The position numbers and the translations under genes were made by a program. Positions 1 to 13,491 of a stretch of DNA of 64,000 nt are shown here, piece after piece (the stretch's first letter is position 1; every line of letters begins with the position of its first letter). The DNA is taken from contig NC_086379.1 of assembly GCF_036588685.1 (NCBI RefSeq), positions 53,630,001 to 53,694,000 of the forward strand. Direction: 5' to 3'. The notes under the pieces are model-generated. The model did no database searches. It had not been told where the DNA came from and saw only the letters and a program-made list of their open reading frames with translations. This DNA is from Mytilus trossulus. Taxonomy: Eukaryota.

Positions 1-34
1 TAATTGGATGAAAATGTTACTCAAAGTCTCCTAG

Positions 35-129
35 TCTGTTTGTCCTCTTATTTTTTAGTCATGGCGTTGTCAGTTTATTGTCGAGCTATTCGTTTGACTG
101 TCCCTCTGGTATCTTTCGACCCTTCTTTT
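35..129 (+). repeat. Solo 3' end of the Penelope-like element
   Basis: catggcgttgtcagttt...tttgactgtccctctggtatctttcg matches 29575-29646. Confidence 0.85.
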
Positions 130-2066
130 AATTGTAAAAGTAGTGGAGTTTGCTTTGACTTTTGGGTGTTTTACCTTGATGTACGTGTCAGTAGTCAACT
201 TCCAAAATCTGCACCTTACTAAAGAACAATATTCGTTACGCTGACAAAAAATCATGTTCATGTAGAATAACATGAAAGAGTTGAAAGTCGGGATTAATGT
301 TTGAACTTCCGGTTGATTTACTTTTGAAAAATTCTGATCCTAGATTAAAATAAATGTAAACTTTACTTGTTGGAACCTGTTTTTGCTTTGATATATCTGT
401 CTCTATTTTTTGTATGTTTATAATTATAACTTACTAGTATTCAGTTTGCTTGCTAAAACTGTTTCTTTAATTTTTAACGGAATCACGAGTCTTGTTTAAA
501 CATTTTCCACTGCATGTATGCACGTATGCATGTTTATTTGATAGTGAAGCAAGTTTTAATTGGTAAGTGTCATACGGAGTTTGCTTTTTGTTAATGTCAC
601 CTTAATACTCTTAGCGAAACACCAGTCTTTGCATTGCAACTTCAATGTCATTAACATAAATATAATTATAGTCTTCAAGTGCAATCAATCCAATGATATT
701 AACTTGTTCTAAATATATGACACACAGGTTATTCAACTATTTAGAATTCTACTGTCATTAAGTAAGGGAATAATAATATTCCAATTATTAAACACGTAGT
801 TATTGTCGGAATCAGTTGTTTCATTTTATATGTCTTGTACTTTACAATGATATGAAATGCTTTTAAAAGCTTTTTTTTTTATTCTCGAATAGGGTATTAG
901 ACTTTGGCAAGCTTTTCAAATACACCCAATTAACATAATTATATATCAAAATATTCCTATCTTTGACACATTTACCGTCTCCATTCTCAATTGTCTTTAT
1001 TTGTATTTAATAAGTCACATTGCGGTCTTCAAATACTGGAATTAATCAATTAAAAAACGTTGATGAATGTTTATTTTGTCCATTCTTTGGCGTGTATTTC
1101 CCGACTCGTTTGCTGTGCCCATGCAGGAGTGCCTTAGATAAAACAAATTACTGAAAATATTCTTTGTGAAATAAAACATTCTCAAGTCAGGGATTTACAA
1201 GTTTCTCGGTACATTTACTTAATTATTTCATAGGGAAAAAAATCATAATATTTTCTTTTAATTTAAGATACGGCCATTTTAAGCTTATGTAACGAGGAAA
1301 AAATAATTCTTAATGGTTGACTTCGTCAATTCACCATTCTAATATGATCTTTGAATATTGTTTTTTTATCGGAAATACCCTTATTTTTTCAAAATAAAAC
1401 AAGAAGCTGTGGTAGTATAATAAGTTATTACATAACCAAATAAATAAATACGTACTGTTATGGAGGTATTAACACTTGCAGTTTTGCACACTGTAGATAT
1501 TTTTATATTGGCATTGCAAGTGGTCCTGATCTTCTCAGACTGTTTATGACGTCCTTACTAAATCTGTCGGAGGTGTACTTGTTGACATTTTAGTCTAAAA
1601 GAACGTGGTTTAATGAATAATCGTACTTTGACTTTCAATAGCAGCAAGTACTGTTAGAAAAGTAACTTTGTGTATTTTGTCTTTTTTCCTATGGTGTTTG
1701 TTTTAAAACCCATTGTGCTAGGTTAAGGAGAGTGCTCCCAAATGTATTTAACTCGACTGCATCTTTTACACACCTTGCCAAACCAGGAACTTTTAATTTA
1801 GTGATTGTCAATGATTGCTTTCTTTGTGGTGTTGTTATTTCACTGTCCGTGCTTAGGAGTGGGTAATCATTCACAGACATTAAAACACCGACATAAAAAA
1901 AATCTTTTTATGATTCTTCACGTACCCTGAATACAGATATTTAATTTTTGTAGCCGTGCCAAGGCAAGAGCCTACACTCTATTGAGTATCGTTGGTTGAA
2001 TTCAGCTATATTTGTTCATTGTAATAGTATGAATTCATCTCGTTGGTTTATTTTTTTTTTGTAAAC

Positions 2067-2225
2067 GGGCCTTTAATAGCCCTCCAGAGGGTATAGATTT
2101 TACCAACTGCTGAAGGCCGCATGTTGACATGTAATTGCTCACAACTTTATTATTTTGGTCTATGCCCCATAATATAATGGATAGTTGTCTCATTGGCAAT
2201 CATTCCAACTGTCTTTATTTTTATA
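2067..2225 (+). repeat. Dispersed SINE-like 3' tail family (gttgtctcattggcaatcataccacatcttc)
   Basis: Related copies at ~19516-19552 and ~43735-43765 (same strand) and ~12796-12830, ~20930-21078 and ~45660-45740 (opposite strand). Confidence 0.7.
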
Positions 2226-2648
2226 TTAGAAGTATTAAATGGAACATTAGTATTGCAATCATTTCAAGGCAAATGGCTTTTTCAATAAGATAATATATCG
2301 CAAGACATGATTTTCGAGAGATCATTGCCAAACTAGCCCGTAAGAAAACTAGATAATTTAACTACAAAGAATATCGAATAACGATAAAATCAATCCAGGT
2401 TAATTGGCGATGAGAAATTTACATTATATGATGTTTGAATTATATGAGTTGAAAGGATTTGAAAATAATCAAATCAAGAGCCTCGTTATATTTATCTTGC
2501 TCTACACTAGTTAACCATACTGTTTAGAGAATATTATTAAGTTCCATCAATGCTACAACTGTAAAAGAAAAACATAAAAACTGTCAATAAATTATAAGCA
2601 AAGTACTGAAGTACTGAACATCGGATGACTGCAAGTTCTTGTGTATGG

Positions 2649-2752
2649 TCACAAGCACTTGTCTCAGAAATGATAATCACATCTGTATACCTGAACGTGA
2701 GATTGATGAACAGATATGGTTTTTTTTCTGAGACAAATTCGTGCTTGGGTGA
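2649..2752. repeat. Small palindromic element
   Basis: tcacaagcac-ttgtctcagaaa...atctgt pairs with acagat...tttctgagacaa-gtgcttgggtga. Confidence 0.6.
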
Positions 2753-2794
2753 TAAATAAATGAAAGTGAATTCAACCTCATCGTATTACTTGAT

Positions 2795-3043
2795 TTATTT
2801 CACTTGACTAGGCGGAGTTAAAACGGCTCGCTCATCATTGACCAGTCCATGTACTGATATGTGTTTGGGGATAAACTCATCAATGAAGTGTCCAGTTATG
2901 GTCATTGTAAATTCGTTTGGTGACACTGATAAGTGATAAGAAATCAATGAGAATTAACGGAAATCACCCTTATCACACACATCTTCAAATAGACTGTCCT
3001 TATGCAAATTAAAACGTCAGCTCCGCCTGATCAGTTGAAATAA
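2795..3043. mobile_element. ~250-bp MITE with 25-bp imperfect TIRs
   Basis: ttatttcacttgactaggcggagtt versus agctccgcctgatcagttgaaataa (reverse complement ttatttcaactgatcaggcggagct). Confidence 0.65.
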
Positions 3044-3059
3044 CATTGGTAATAATTAT

Positions 3060-3319
3060 AGATTATCGTTGGTTATCTCAACGAGATTGATTTTCTCGCT
3101 TGTGCCGGTCACGGCGAAAGCGAGAAATGCAATCGAGTTGAGATGACCAATGATAATCTGTTTATCGCTATTTTACCTATGACGACGTTGTAAATTTCAT
3201 GTCAATTTCATTAGCAATGGTCACGTGGCTCTTTAGTTTCTAGCAATAATTTTACATCTCAAGCGAGTAGCATGATATCACAAAAAAAGATCAAAGGAAA
3301 TACCACAAAATAGCGATAA
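3060..3319. repeat. Long-hairpin element A
   Basis: ~100-nt hairpin at 3060-3159 (agattatcgttggttatctcaac.../...gttgagatgaccaatgataatct), plus a 13-bp inverted pair ttatcgctatttt (3162)/aaaatagcgataa (3307). Confidence 0.8.
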
Positions 3320-3387
3320 TAACTATTATATTGTGGTGATACAAATCTACTGAAGCCGGTTATTGACATAGTAGAGTTTTATTTTTA

Positions 3388-4210
3388 AGTCGTTGTAACG
3401 ACTTAGCTAACTTGTTTAAACGACTTAGCTAAGTTGTTATAACGACTTAGCATATTTATCTTGTTATAACAACTTAGCTTACTTATTTAACGACTTAGCT
3501 AACTTGTTTAAACAACTTAGCTAAGTTGTTATAACGACTTAGCATATTTATCTTGTTATAACAACTTAGCTTACTTATTTAACGACTTAGCTAACTTGTT
3601 TAAACAACTTAGCTAAGTTGTTATAACGACTTAGCATATTTATCTTTTTATAAAAACTTAGTTAACTTGTTTATACATCTTAGCTTACTTGTTTAAACAA
3701 CTTATCTTACTCGTTGAAACAAGTTAGCTAACTCGTGAAAACGACTTAGCTAAATTGTTTAAACAACTTAGCTAACTTGTTATAACGACTTGGCTAATTA
3801 CACTCGTTGTAACAACTTAGCTTACTCGTTATAACGACGTAGCTAAGTCGTTTAAACAACTTAGCTATCTCGTTTAAACAAGTTAGCTAACTCGTTAAAA
3901 CGACTTAGTTAACTTGTTTAAACTACTTAGCTAACTTGTTATAACGACTAAGCTAATTAAACTCGTTATAACAACTTAGCTTACTCGTTATAACGACGTA
4001 GCTCAGTCGTTTAAACAACTTAGCTATCTCGTTTAAACAAGTTTTGCTAAGTTTTTTAAACGACTTAGCTAACTCGTTTAAACAACTTAGCTAACTTGTG
4101 AAAACAACTTAGCTAAGTCGTTATAACGAGTAAGCGTAGTTGTTATATTGAGTTAAATAAGCTTAGTCGCTACATGTATAACAAGTTTCCTAAGTTGTTT
4201 AAACAAGTAA
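3388..4210. repeat. 22-bp self-complementary minisatellite (aacgacttagctaacttgttta) with higher-order repeats
   Basis: About 35 degenerate units. The variant gcatatttatctt recurs at 3450, 3542 and 3634 (92-bp period), and a second block recurs at ~159 bp (3794/3953). Confidence 0.9.
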
Positions 4211-6334
4211 TCAGGTTAGTTCAACGTACCTAACCTGATGACATATATTTCACGGGATGCACTTCCGGGTATAAGACTTGCAGCAACTTTTAATAGACGG
4301 CATACGAAGATACTAACCAAATGGACTTGTATGAATACGAAAGACAATGACTTTTTTCACACATAATTTTAGTCTCATTGAGGATTTCCTCATATATTTT
4401 CATAAATTTTGGGTAAAATAAGTCAAAAATTTTAATTGGTTTCAGTCAATTTTCAATTGAAGCACTTACATTTTTTTAGCATTTATTATGAAGAAAAAAT
4501 CCTTGGTTTCTTTAAATCTTGAGTATTTCTTAGAACAATGAATTTAGATTAAAATTTCTGCGATATGATATAACAGATAGATATACATTTGTATATCTCA
4601 TTTACACGTTCAACACTGTAACGGTATTCTGTTATCAATGATATATTTTCCATGCTAATGTTTTTTTCACTGAAACTGATGAGCAAAAATCTATATATCG
4701 TACACACCTCAACAAATTGGTTCCAGTTGAAGTATATTACTGTCTTTCAGTATTAAACAAAAAGATCTTAACAGTATGGAATAATAGCGTGGAACAATTG
4801 AAATTTAATATGAGGCGATAATGGCACAAGATAGAAATATAGTACCTGCATAGTTCGCATCTAGATTCTGGCTTGGATCTTTTATGAGTTTTAAATGGAG
4901 CTTTTAATGACAATTCCAGCAACGAGCATTACCTTTGAAATTCCTGAATTCTAATGATACAATATATTACTTCGTTTATTTGAAAGCATCGTGAGTCCGT
5001 ATAACTGTTTCCTTAGACATACATGTAAGTGTTTGTGTCTTTAGTCTGCTATTGGCACGATTAAAAGATGTGATTACTAAAAATTAAACATACTGAAAAA
5101 AAATTCTTTTAGGATAAAATTGCCTAAAATATAAAAAGAATCACATCATTTTCCTTTCAAAATTAGATTGTTAAACAATTATCTTTCAGATTTTATAAAG
5201 ATTTCTAATGAATGTAACCGATAACAGGTGTAATACATTGTACCACCATTGATTTCCCCCTATTAGTCTTTTTTAAATTTGCACTTTTCAAAAAATTGTG
5301 CAGAATTTATCTTTGTTTCAAATAAAGAAATACTTGGCATGAGTAAAGTTTTATCCTGTCCAGTTCTAAAGAAAAAGTTTCACATAACATTTCATTGCAT
5401 ATAAGAAAGAAACCATCATTGGAAGTTAACCAATCAAATTTCTCCCCTTATTCTATCTGTGTACAAGGTTTAGTCACCATGGGTTTACTCCTGGTTTGCC
5501 CACTTTTAATTCTACCAATTATCTATTAGTAAAGAAAACAAAAAAGACAAAAGGTTTAATGAGCATACAATTGTATAGTCTGTTCCAACTTAGGTATGGT
5601 CAGCTATATAGGTTGTTTGAGTTTTCTACATATTCAGGTTGTTCTTTTGTATAGAAAAATTATTAAAAAAATCTTAATATTTTTTCCTCATTAATTTAAT
5701 ATAAATTCATTCAACAAACATACATGTACACAACGATAACAAAAAATGATGTTCAGTTACAAAAGTGTCTTTATCTGTTTATAGTTCATTAGTTTCTGAA
5801 TGATTTTCATGATAAAATTACAGTAATAAAAGATCTCTATTATTGCAAACATAATTTAATAAATCAATCAATTTTATAAATGCATTGCATAAGGAAATAT
5901 AGGTAAAATGAGGATAAATACAATCTTTTATAGTTACATCAAACGTCACAAAACATTATATTTACAAAGTGTTCACTTCATTGTCCAGTTCAAATGGAGA
6001 AGATGGGATCGATCATGGGCTGCAACAGTTTGTGATATTCGTGCTGCAATTTTAGTACATAAACTAGATTTGTCTTTATGTCCACTCGATTTCATTACAT
6101 GTACCGAATCAGGATTAGGTAAAAAAAGAAGTAAACTTTTCCCATATTTGAATGATTTAAAATATGTTGCTTATGATGATAGTATTGTTTAAGCTTCAAA
6201 AAAGGCAACACGAAATAATTTAATATAATACAATTTAATATTTTTTTTTAATTAATTTTATCTAATGATAGTTTAATAATGTATTAGTATTTCTAGTATT
6301 GAGTTTATGCCATATTTGTTTGTTTTTATGACGT

Positions 6335-6520
6335 TTTAGGACGATGTAACCTTTAGGACTTTCCTAAGACACCTAATTGTATATCCTAACTTTAGGATCA
6401 AATGTAGGACATATCTTATTTTAGGAGACTTTCGTTAATCCGACTTAGGACTAAGACGTGTCCTAAGACCATCCTAAGACATGTCTTAGTCCTAGGACAG
6501 CTTCGTTGACACGGCCCCTG
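6335..6520 (-). mobile_element. Terminal fragment of a MITE (end CAGGGGCCGTGTCAACGAAG) with cttagg/cctaag subterminal repeats
   Basis: Dense ttagga/cctaag motifs in both orientations ending in gacacggcccctg, directly abutting a TA in the MULE fragment. The other end was not found. Confidence 0.5.
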
Positions 6521-6988
6521 TATCGTAATCTTTTTGGTGGGCGGGCTCCTCCTGTTCCATACTATTACTGGATAATGTTGCATTCTGTTAGTGCCTGTGT
6601 CTTCTTCAGTAGCTCAATGATCTCGTAGATGTTTACATGTTTGAGTCTCTTAGTTTGTTGTGCCACCCTTCCAGATGATTTGTGGTGCGGGATCCTTCTG
6701 TGTAATAGTGATTCCATAGACAACAGTAGCTTTCAACCCAGAACTCTGTCATGTATTCTGTAAATGAAGTTGTAGCGGGTATGTTTCAGTTTCTCAAATG
6801 TCTTCTTTAGTGATTAGCCAAATTTCCCTAACACGGTGGGGTGGAACAAGAGGTAGCACTGCGGCTCCTCCTATAAGTTGGGTTATGCCTTAATTTTCTT
6901 TATAATAGGACTGTAGTCCATATTTTTGTGACTATTGCCAAATACACTGGGTGAAGTGGAAGAAGCAGCCTTTCACATTAACCCCTGG
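6521..6988 (-). pseudogene. Mutator/MULE-family DDE transposase fragment
   Basis: Manual minus-strand translation across stops and frameshifts: PGVNVKGCFFHFTQCIWQ*SQKYGLQSYYKEN*GITQLIGGAAVLPLVPPHRVREIW.../PATTSFTEYMTEFWVESYCCLWNHYYTEGSRTTNHLEGWHNKL/KHVNIYEIIELLKKTQ. The GCxFH (CxxH) and WN...RTTNxLEGWHNKL motifs are hallmarks of MULE transposases. Not present in the ORF track. Confidence 0.88.
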
Positions 6989-7064
6989 TGTTGTTAGCAA
7001 TCAAGATTATTAACTGAAAAATATTTTATCGTTGTTTTTTTTTTAAAGAAAATGCTAGCTTGAA

Positions 7065-7212
7065 TGCAGATTCAGATTCAATATTTTATTAAAGTCTCAC
7101 TACTTGCAATACATAAATATACAGTACATACAGAGTATATACACAATATAAAACAGACAATACACAAATATAAAATACTAATACCATTCTATTAAGAATT
7201 ATGAGAGACTGT
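7065..7212 (-). repeat. Possible LINE 3' end
   Basis: The minus strand reads ...gagactttAATAAAatattgaatctgaatctg, an AATAAA signal followed by a short-repeat tail as in CR1/L2/RTE 3' ends. No ORF remains. Confidence 0.35.
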
Positions 7213-8387
7213 AAAACAATTTCTATATAAAACTAGTTAAAATATATACGATTACAGATTACTGTTCAAACTGTGTCATATTTATAGCTTGAATACAGAA
7301 CAGTTGCATTTATATTCTAGTTGTTAGAATTAATTGGATATGTTTTATATTAAAGTTCAGAACAGTGTATTTTATTAAAATTAAAAAAAAATATATAAGT
7401 TAAATAAAGTCAAAGATATTCAATGAGATTTATTCTAGTAAATCTTTAGTTTCATTCTTTTACTTTTTATCTTTTTTCAGATTTGTTGATAGATTGGAAT
7501 ACTAATTCATTTCAAGTGTACATTTTTTTCTAGTTTTTGTATGAATAAAATACATTTTCCTGCAAAAAAATACATAAAATTTAGAAAAGTTTTGCACATT
7601 TTCCTTGATTTAATAGCAGAATATAATGGTCTTTTAAACATTTACAGGTAAAATAAAAGGTAAAAAATATGACTATAATTCAGAAATAAACTATAATTGC
7701 TAAAACAACAATTCCCTCTATGTTTACATATACATGTAATTAAAAGTGGGCAAACCAGGATGACACCGAAATCACCGTCACCATGTAACCTCAAGATTAC
7801 AAAACTTTCTATAGAAATCACAAATAACAAATAATGGTGTTTTGAAATACCCAAGACGTACTATGTTTATGACACAGAAATAGTTTTACTGCAATAAAAT
7901 GTAGGATTAATTACCTACAACGGTCAAATTAAAGGGAATATTTTTTTATACCTACTTTCGCATGCAACCGGATGTGACGTACCATGATTTGGTGGTATTA
8001 CACCTAACAGATTTTATTTCAATTTCAAAAGCATAATTTATAAAGGAAACAGTGCAAGTTTTCAAAATCCATGAACATGTACTGAATGATCTGATAAAAA
8101 CCAAGTCGGTAGGAATAAATAAGTTTAATGATATTATTACATGGTTGTTTTTTTTATATTACATCCCTTTTCAGTAAAATATGTGATAATGGGTCTGCCA
8201 CTAATTTTGCATGATTCTTAGGCAGACATGTACAGCTACTAAATAATTATACAAATGATTGTACGTGTATAGTATATTTTGGTACAGAAAACCAGTCTGC
8301 CAAATACCAAAAATTTGCTACGCATTTTATGACTAACTATGGATTCTTTTTGCACTGATATCAAATAGTTTTAGAATTTCATGCGAC

Positions 8388-8595
8388 TGTCATACAAGTG
8401 AGAGGTTTAGCTTACTATAAAAGCAGGTTTGATTTACCATTTTTACATCAGAAAATGCCTATACCAAGTCAGGAATATGACAGTTGTTATCCATTCGTTT
8501 GATGTGTTTTAACTTTTGATTTTGCCATTTTGTTAAGGACTTTCCGTTTATGATTTTCATTAGAGCTCTGTATTTTTTGTTAGTTTATTTTTTGC
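8388..8595 (+). repeat. Dispersed SINE-like family (ccaagtcaggaatatgacagttgttatccattcgttt)
   Basis: Reverse-complement copies at ~42672-42786 and ~51316-51495. Confidence 0.75.
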
Positions 8596-9134
8596 AACAC
8601 AGAAAATACTTCAACTTTATAGTTTTCGATTAGTAATAATCATTGTAAATTACATTGGAAATTTAGGTAAATGTTGCGTATAATTCGAAATTGCGTACAA
8701 TTGAATATATTTTACGCCTATCTTTCTCCAATTATTATATAACTTCGGTAGATCTTTTAATATAGAAATTCTATTTCAAACAGAATAAAGATATGCATCT
8801 TTCAGGTCGATAATCTCTGCAACGGACAAGGCCTTTTGTTAAATGATTTTCAACGGTTTGAAATTCCTCTTTTAGGAATCTGTTGACGTTTTGGAATGGT
8901 CCGATTTATTTAATCTTATCTACAAATTTTTGGGCAATTTGCATTATTTGGTATAATTCTTATGATCCGAGAATTTTTTCAATATATCTTACTGTATTAT
9001 TTTTTTTGAATCGTTAATTTCATCATGCAGTTTATTCAGTTGTGTCTGTAATTTTTCTAATAACCCCTTTCTGATAAATCCCGAGCATGCGCATAAACGC
9101 TTCCGTACAAAGACTGGTTGTATGGTCTTTCTGT

Positions 9135-9392
9135 GCAGACATGAATGATCATATATGGTAATATTTATAAATTAACTGTAAATGTTATAAACGTTTGATT
9201 TTTTTTAAATACTAAGTCTTTTCCACCTCAGGAAAAGAATGAATTACATGTAAGCTGTATTTGGTAAAACTTTAAGGAATTTTGGTCATCATGCTCTTCA
9301 ACTTCGTTCTTTTTTTGGCCTGTTTAAAACTTTTTTGGATTTGAGCGTCACTAATGAGTCAAAATTTAATCCTGGTATCTATGAGTTTATTT
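9135..9392 (+). mobile_element. Retrozyme-like repeat copy with the 3' half of the hammerhead deleted
   Basis: Colinear with 30830-31097. Has gagcgtca-CTAATGA-gtc, then jumps straight to aaaatttaatcctggtatctatgagtttatt. Confidence 0.65.
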
Positions 9393-9552
9393 GTTTGTGT
9401 CATTTTGGTTCTTCTGTATAGTTTCTGAAAGACAGATCGTTCAGGTTAAATATGTGAGTGCTATTAACTCAAATTATCCTACCAATCGGGAGACGATTTC
9501 ATAAAATTCTAACGACTAGGATTTTATCACAAGTCAAAATGACAATTCAGTA

Positions 9553-10012
9553 TCTATAATACTAAAATTACAAGGTCCAATTTGTCAGCCGTCATCAGGT
9601 AAAAACGACAAATCAAAGAATTCAACTTTAAATATAACTAATATAGGGCAATGGTGTAGATTAAAAATTACACCACTCCAGACCCTTTTGTTTTCCACAT
9701 AATTAATATTGCCAATAATTAACAAGTTCCGGGTCGAGTCCGATACCGATACCAATATTATATTCACCTGGCTGTTATACTATTACCTTATTTGTACGTT
9801 CCACATTTGACTGGCGCACCACCAAATGATGTATTAAGCAAACGGGTCATAATCACAGGGTTGACACTCCTAAATTCAATCATTGTCAAATTGTTCCCTA
9901 TTGTAATCAGTAAGACTTTCTAAGATAACAATACGAATACTAAAATAAGGCATACGCATTGTTATATACTTTAATTCAGTCACGGACCCGTGATATCACG
10001 GGTGTGGTCTAC
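9553..10012 (+). mobile_element. Non-autonomous Helitron (~460 bp)
   Basis: Starts a|TCTATAATACTAAA. Has a perfect subterminal palindrome acccgtgatatcacgggt (9986-10003) followed by CTAC|t, one mismatch from canonical CTAG|t. Inserted between A and T with no TSD. Confidence 0.7.
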
Positions 10013-10696
10013 TACTAACGATCAATCTTGGTCGTTAGATATTTTGTTCAAATGAATCCAGATCTGAGCCCCAACCATCTGGGTAGACAAGTTTCCTAAA
10101 AATCCCCGAGACAAAGATTATGAATGGTTCTCATAATATGCAAAAAGGCATCTGAAGAGGGTCAAGTTCTTAGTGATAGTTAGTTACCCATCCTTGATTT
10201 AAGCTGCCATTGACTGAACTCAATTTGTCGCTTGTAGACTGCATAACAAATAAGTAGTTAGGTTGTTAAACTTGTATTTAATCTCCTAAGGTAAATGATT
10301 ATCTGGTTCTCACGTACAAAAGATGAATGGTTCTTACATTTCACGCTACATTTCTACAGCATACAAAAATAAGGAAAATCTTGATATAAATGATACATTC
10401 GTAATAATGGATAAGATAAGGTATGGAGATGTGTCAAACAATAGATAGATGTCTAGAGAAAATGTCAAGCTCTTAATCGCCCCGAGTCTATAAAATTGAA
10501 TACAGTAAACCATAATTAATTTTAATAGAATTTGGGGTAAGATAAAACGCGTTAGATACATTGCTGTCATATTTTAATGAAGAATTATATAGACTTTGAC
10601 CATCATTTTCATGGTTAACTGACTGTCAAACAGCTGAGGGTTAACATGACCTTGGTAATATTTGATGGATAAGTGATAAGTTTTGGCTTTAATTAA

Positions 10697-13491
10697 GGGC
10701 ATACGATACAGTAGAAATCCCTCGTTGATTTTTTCTTGAAATTTTGATAGAAGGTCAATTTCAGTGTGTACTTTTCAAATATGGAAAGAAAAAGGTATCT
10801 TCATGACTTACTTTTTGAGATAATTTGGTTCGAAATTTGCATATTTGGAAGAAAAACCCTGAAATTTCATAAATAAGGACTTTTAGAGAAAGTAACAATA
10901 CTTTTGAACGAAAAGTCATAACTTAACCGGGTTTTTTGTAAAATGTTCCCTGGATCCATAGCATCAACTTTATAAAACAATTTGAAGATTAAACCGATTT
11001 ATAATTTTCCGGATTTAGATTGCAATATGAGAATTAAAGAATTTGACCATTTTTTAACGTCATTTCGGAAGTGCAGAAAAAATTTGATCGTTGATTTTTT
11101 CTAGAAAATTTGGCAGAGTGTTCATGAAACAGTACTTGATTGAAATAGGGGTCCATGTGCTTGTTTTTTCAATAAAAGCCATATACCTTAATATTTTACG
11201 AGGTCTGTCAGTATGGCGCTAAATTACGTTATGTTAAGTTTTAATCGCAAAGACGTCGTATAATCGTTCCCGCCGTACAAGACTGTACTCTCAATTATGA
11301 TTATATGCAGGTGTTCTCAAAAGCGTTGATACTTATCACAAAAACGCATATGATGGTTCCTTGTTAAATGGCAAAACATTTGTGCTAAACATTTACGAAA
11401 CTACATTTGGACAGATTAGTATTTATTGTAAAATTTAGAATAGGGAATGTGTAAAAGAGACAACGACACCACCAAAGAGCGAACATAATTAGAAAAGCCA
11501 ACACCCAGAGGCGGGCTTCAGATGGCCCTTAAATAGATGTGTACTACACATGTAGTTCAATGGAAATAGACGTCACACAAAACTCCAAAACTTGTCTACA
11601 TGTACACGTACAAATGTATAATGATCGTACGGTGAACTTGACTGTCCTTTTGGTAGGGTTTGTCTGAAATTGAACCTTTTTTCGTGTTTCATTGGTTAGT
11701 ACATAAATAGGTTCGATTCGCAGCTACCATCAACTATTTTGGGTATAAAGACTGATAGTAAGGTGTTTATGTCATTATTAATTTTCAAAGTTCATCATTT
11801 TTAATAGCTCATTTCTCATTGCAAAGTGTTTATTATTAAGTTATCTGAACAAAGGGCGGAAAATTTTGACAGCAACATTTCAAACGAAGTGTAGGCTGAA
11901 AAGGGACAACACAGTTGGACTGCCACTGGAAAAGAAAGGAAAGTCGAATAGCAGCAGAAGTTCTTCAATGTAACAGACCATCTACGGATCTGTTAAGAGA
12001 GTTTGAATACGGTTCTTCGACGTACAGGGAAAGTTTCACTCCTCTTACAAAAGGATTTCAGTTTTAACGTTAAATGTCCCATTCCGACAAAAAGAAACCA
12101 AGTAGAGTATAATTCAGGCTTATTTAAAATCATGTGTTTTATTTTTTAACGCTTGAATTTTGGCGATACGTTATTTGTAGAAAGCTAATTTTGTATGCTA
12201 CAATATATATCGTGTTTAACATGTTTTGCTTCTGACATCAGTCATAATATTTTTTTGTTTATCTTCTTAAATATGATTGATTCCCCTCTTCAATCTGTTA
12301 TCATCTATAATACTCCGTAATGATAATCAGAAAATAACAAAAAAAGAATGATTAGTTATGGGAACCTGCAAATTGTTGATAACATATATAAGGTACACCA
12401 TAGTAACAAACCACAAGCATATTCTCTACTGAACATTACCATGCATTAACACATAAGATACAGTTACAGGGTTACAGACTTTTGAAGATCGTATTTTTCA
12501 GTCGTTATCAGCATCTTATGAATGTCTGTAAAATATAATGTGTCTCGTAAAAATAAATGGATCGGTATTTCTCACCTTATCTGTTATTGTTATGTCAAAA
12601 ATACACCATACACATATTACTGATATTTTTAAACTCGGGCAATACTTTAAATCTTTTAACAGTTAGGGATATCATTAATTTAACTGACATAGTTCTTTCT
12701 TCTGTTAACAATTTTAAAGTGTTAACTGACCTTTCGTAAAATACTTCCAAATGTTTTCTGATTTGACTTCGTGAAACCTGTAAGATTTACAAAAAATAAG
12801 GAGATGTGGTATGATTGTTAATGACTATGCAATGCAAATATAAGCCTTTTCCCGTCATATTTTAATCATCAAATATCTCGAAAAGGAGGTCCATGACCTA
12901 TCAATATTTTTTGCGTATTTTGATTCTCAACCAATGCTCCTTTGACCTAAAGTATCAATTTAAAATTCTTAATTTTTTGAATTTCACAAACCCTCACCTA
13001 AGTACATCCTTGGAAAAGCGAGTTCATAGACCCCTCTTTTTTTAGAATGACATTTGGTTTGATTACGTTTGACGAATATTTGTACCAATTTTTATGAAAA
13101 CGTAAGTAGTTCAATTTTAAAAAAATGGATAAATGTACAGGAAAAAAATGACTTTTTTTTTCTACATTCATGAACATTTAAAAAATATGAGTTATTTGTA
13201 AAAATATAATTCATAAATTTATATGCCATTTATATGAAACCAGAAATTACAAATAATTTAGCAAAACACAGCTTTTTAGAATAAAAAATTTCGTATTTTT
13301 GTCAAAATGAAAAATACGGCCACAAATCCTAATTTTGAGTAAATATCCGAAATGTCGACCTCATTTTACTAAAAAAAAAAAGCACATGAAGATATATTTT
13401 TTATTACATATTTGATTTAAACAGGTAAAAAATAACCTGTATGGAAATGTTCATCAAAATTTAAACCGGATCAAAACTGTAGCCTATGCCC
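10697..13491. mobile_element. Kolobok-like DNA transposon (~2.8 kb, non-autonomous or decayed)
   Basis: TTAA|gggcatacgatacagt ... actgtagcctatgccc|TTAA: a 16-bp TIR with 2 mismatches, purine-purine start and TTAA TSD (piggyBac termini normally start CCC). Contains a nested SINE-like piece near 11430-11590. Confidence 0.75.

Larger units (their letters stand above)
5227..8004. mobile_element. ~2.8-kb candidate non-autonomous DNA transposon with TIR GGTGTAATACCACCA and flanking TAACA direct repeat
   Basis: Left end ggtgtaata[cattgta]ccacca (7-nt insertion), right end tggtggtattacacc. TAACA occurs at 5222-5226 and 8005-8009. It encloses the MULE fragment and other inserts. Confidence 0.6.

Noticed and set aside
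3388-4210. CRISPR-like array of palindromic repeats
   Set aside because: Units are contiguous with no unique spacers, no cas genes are present, and the context is eukaryotic.
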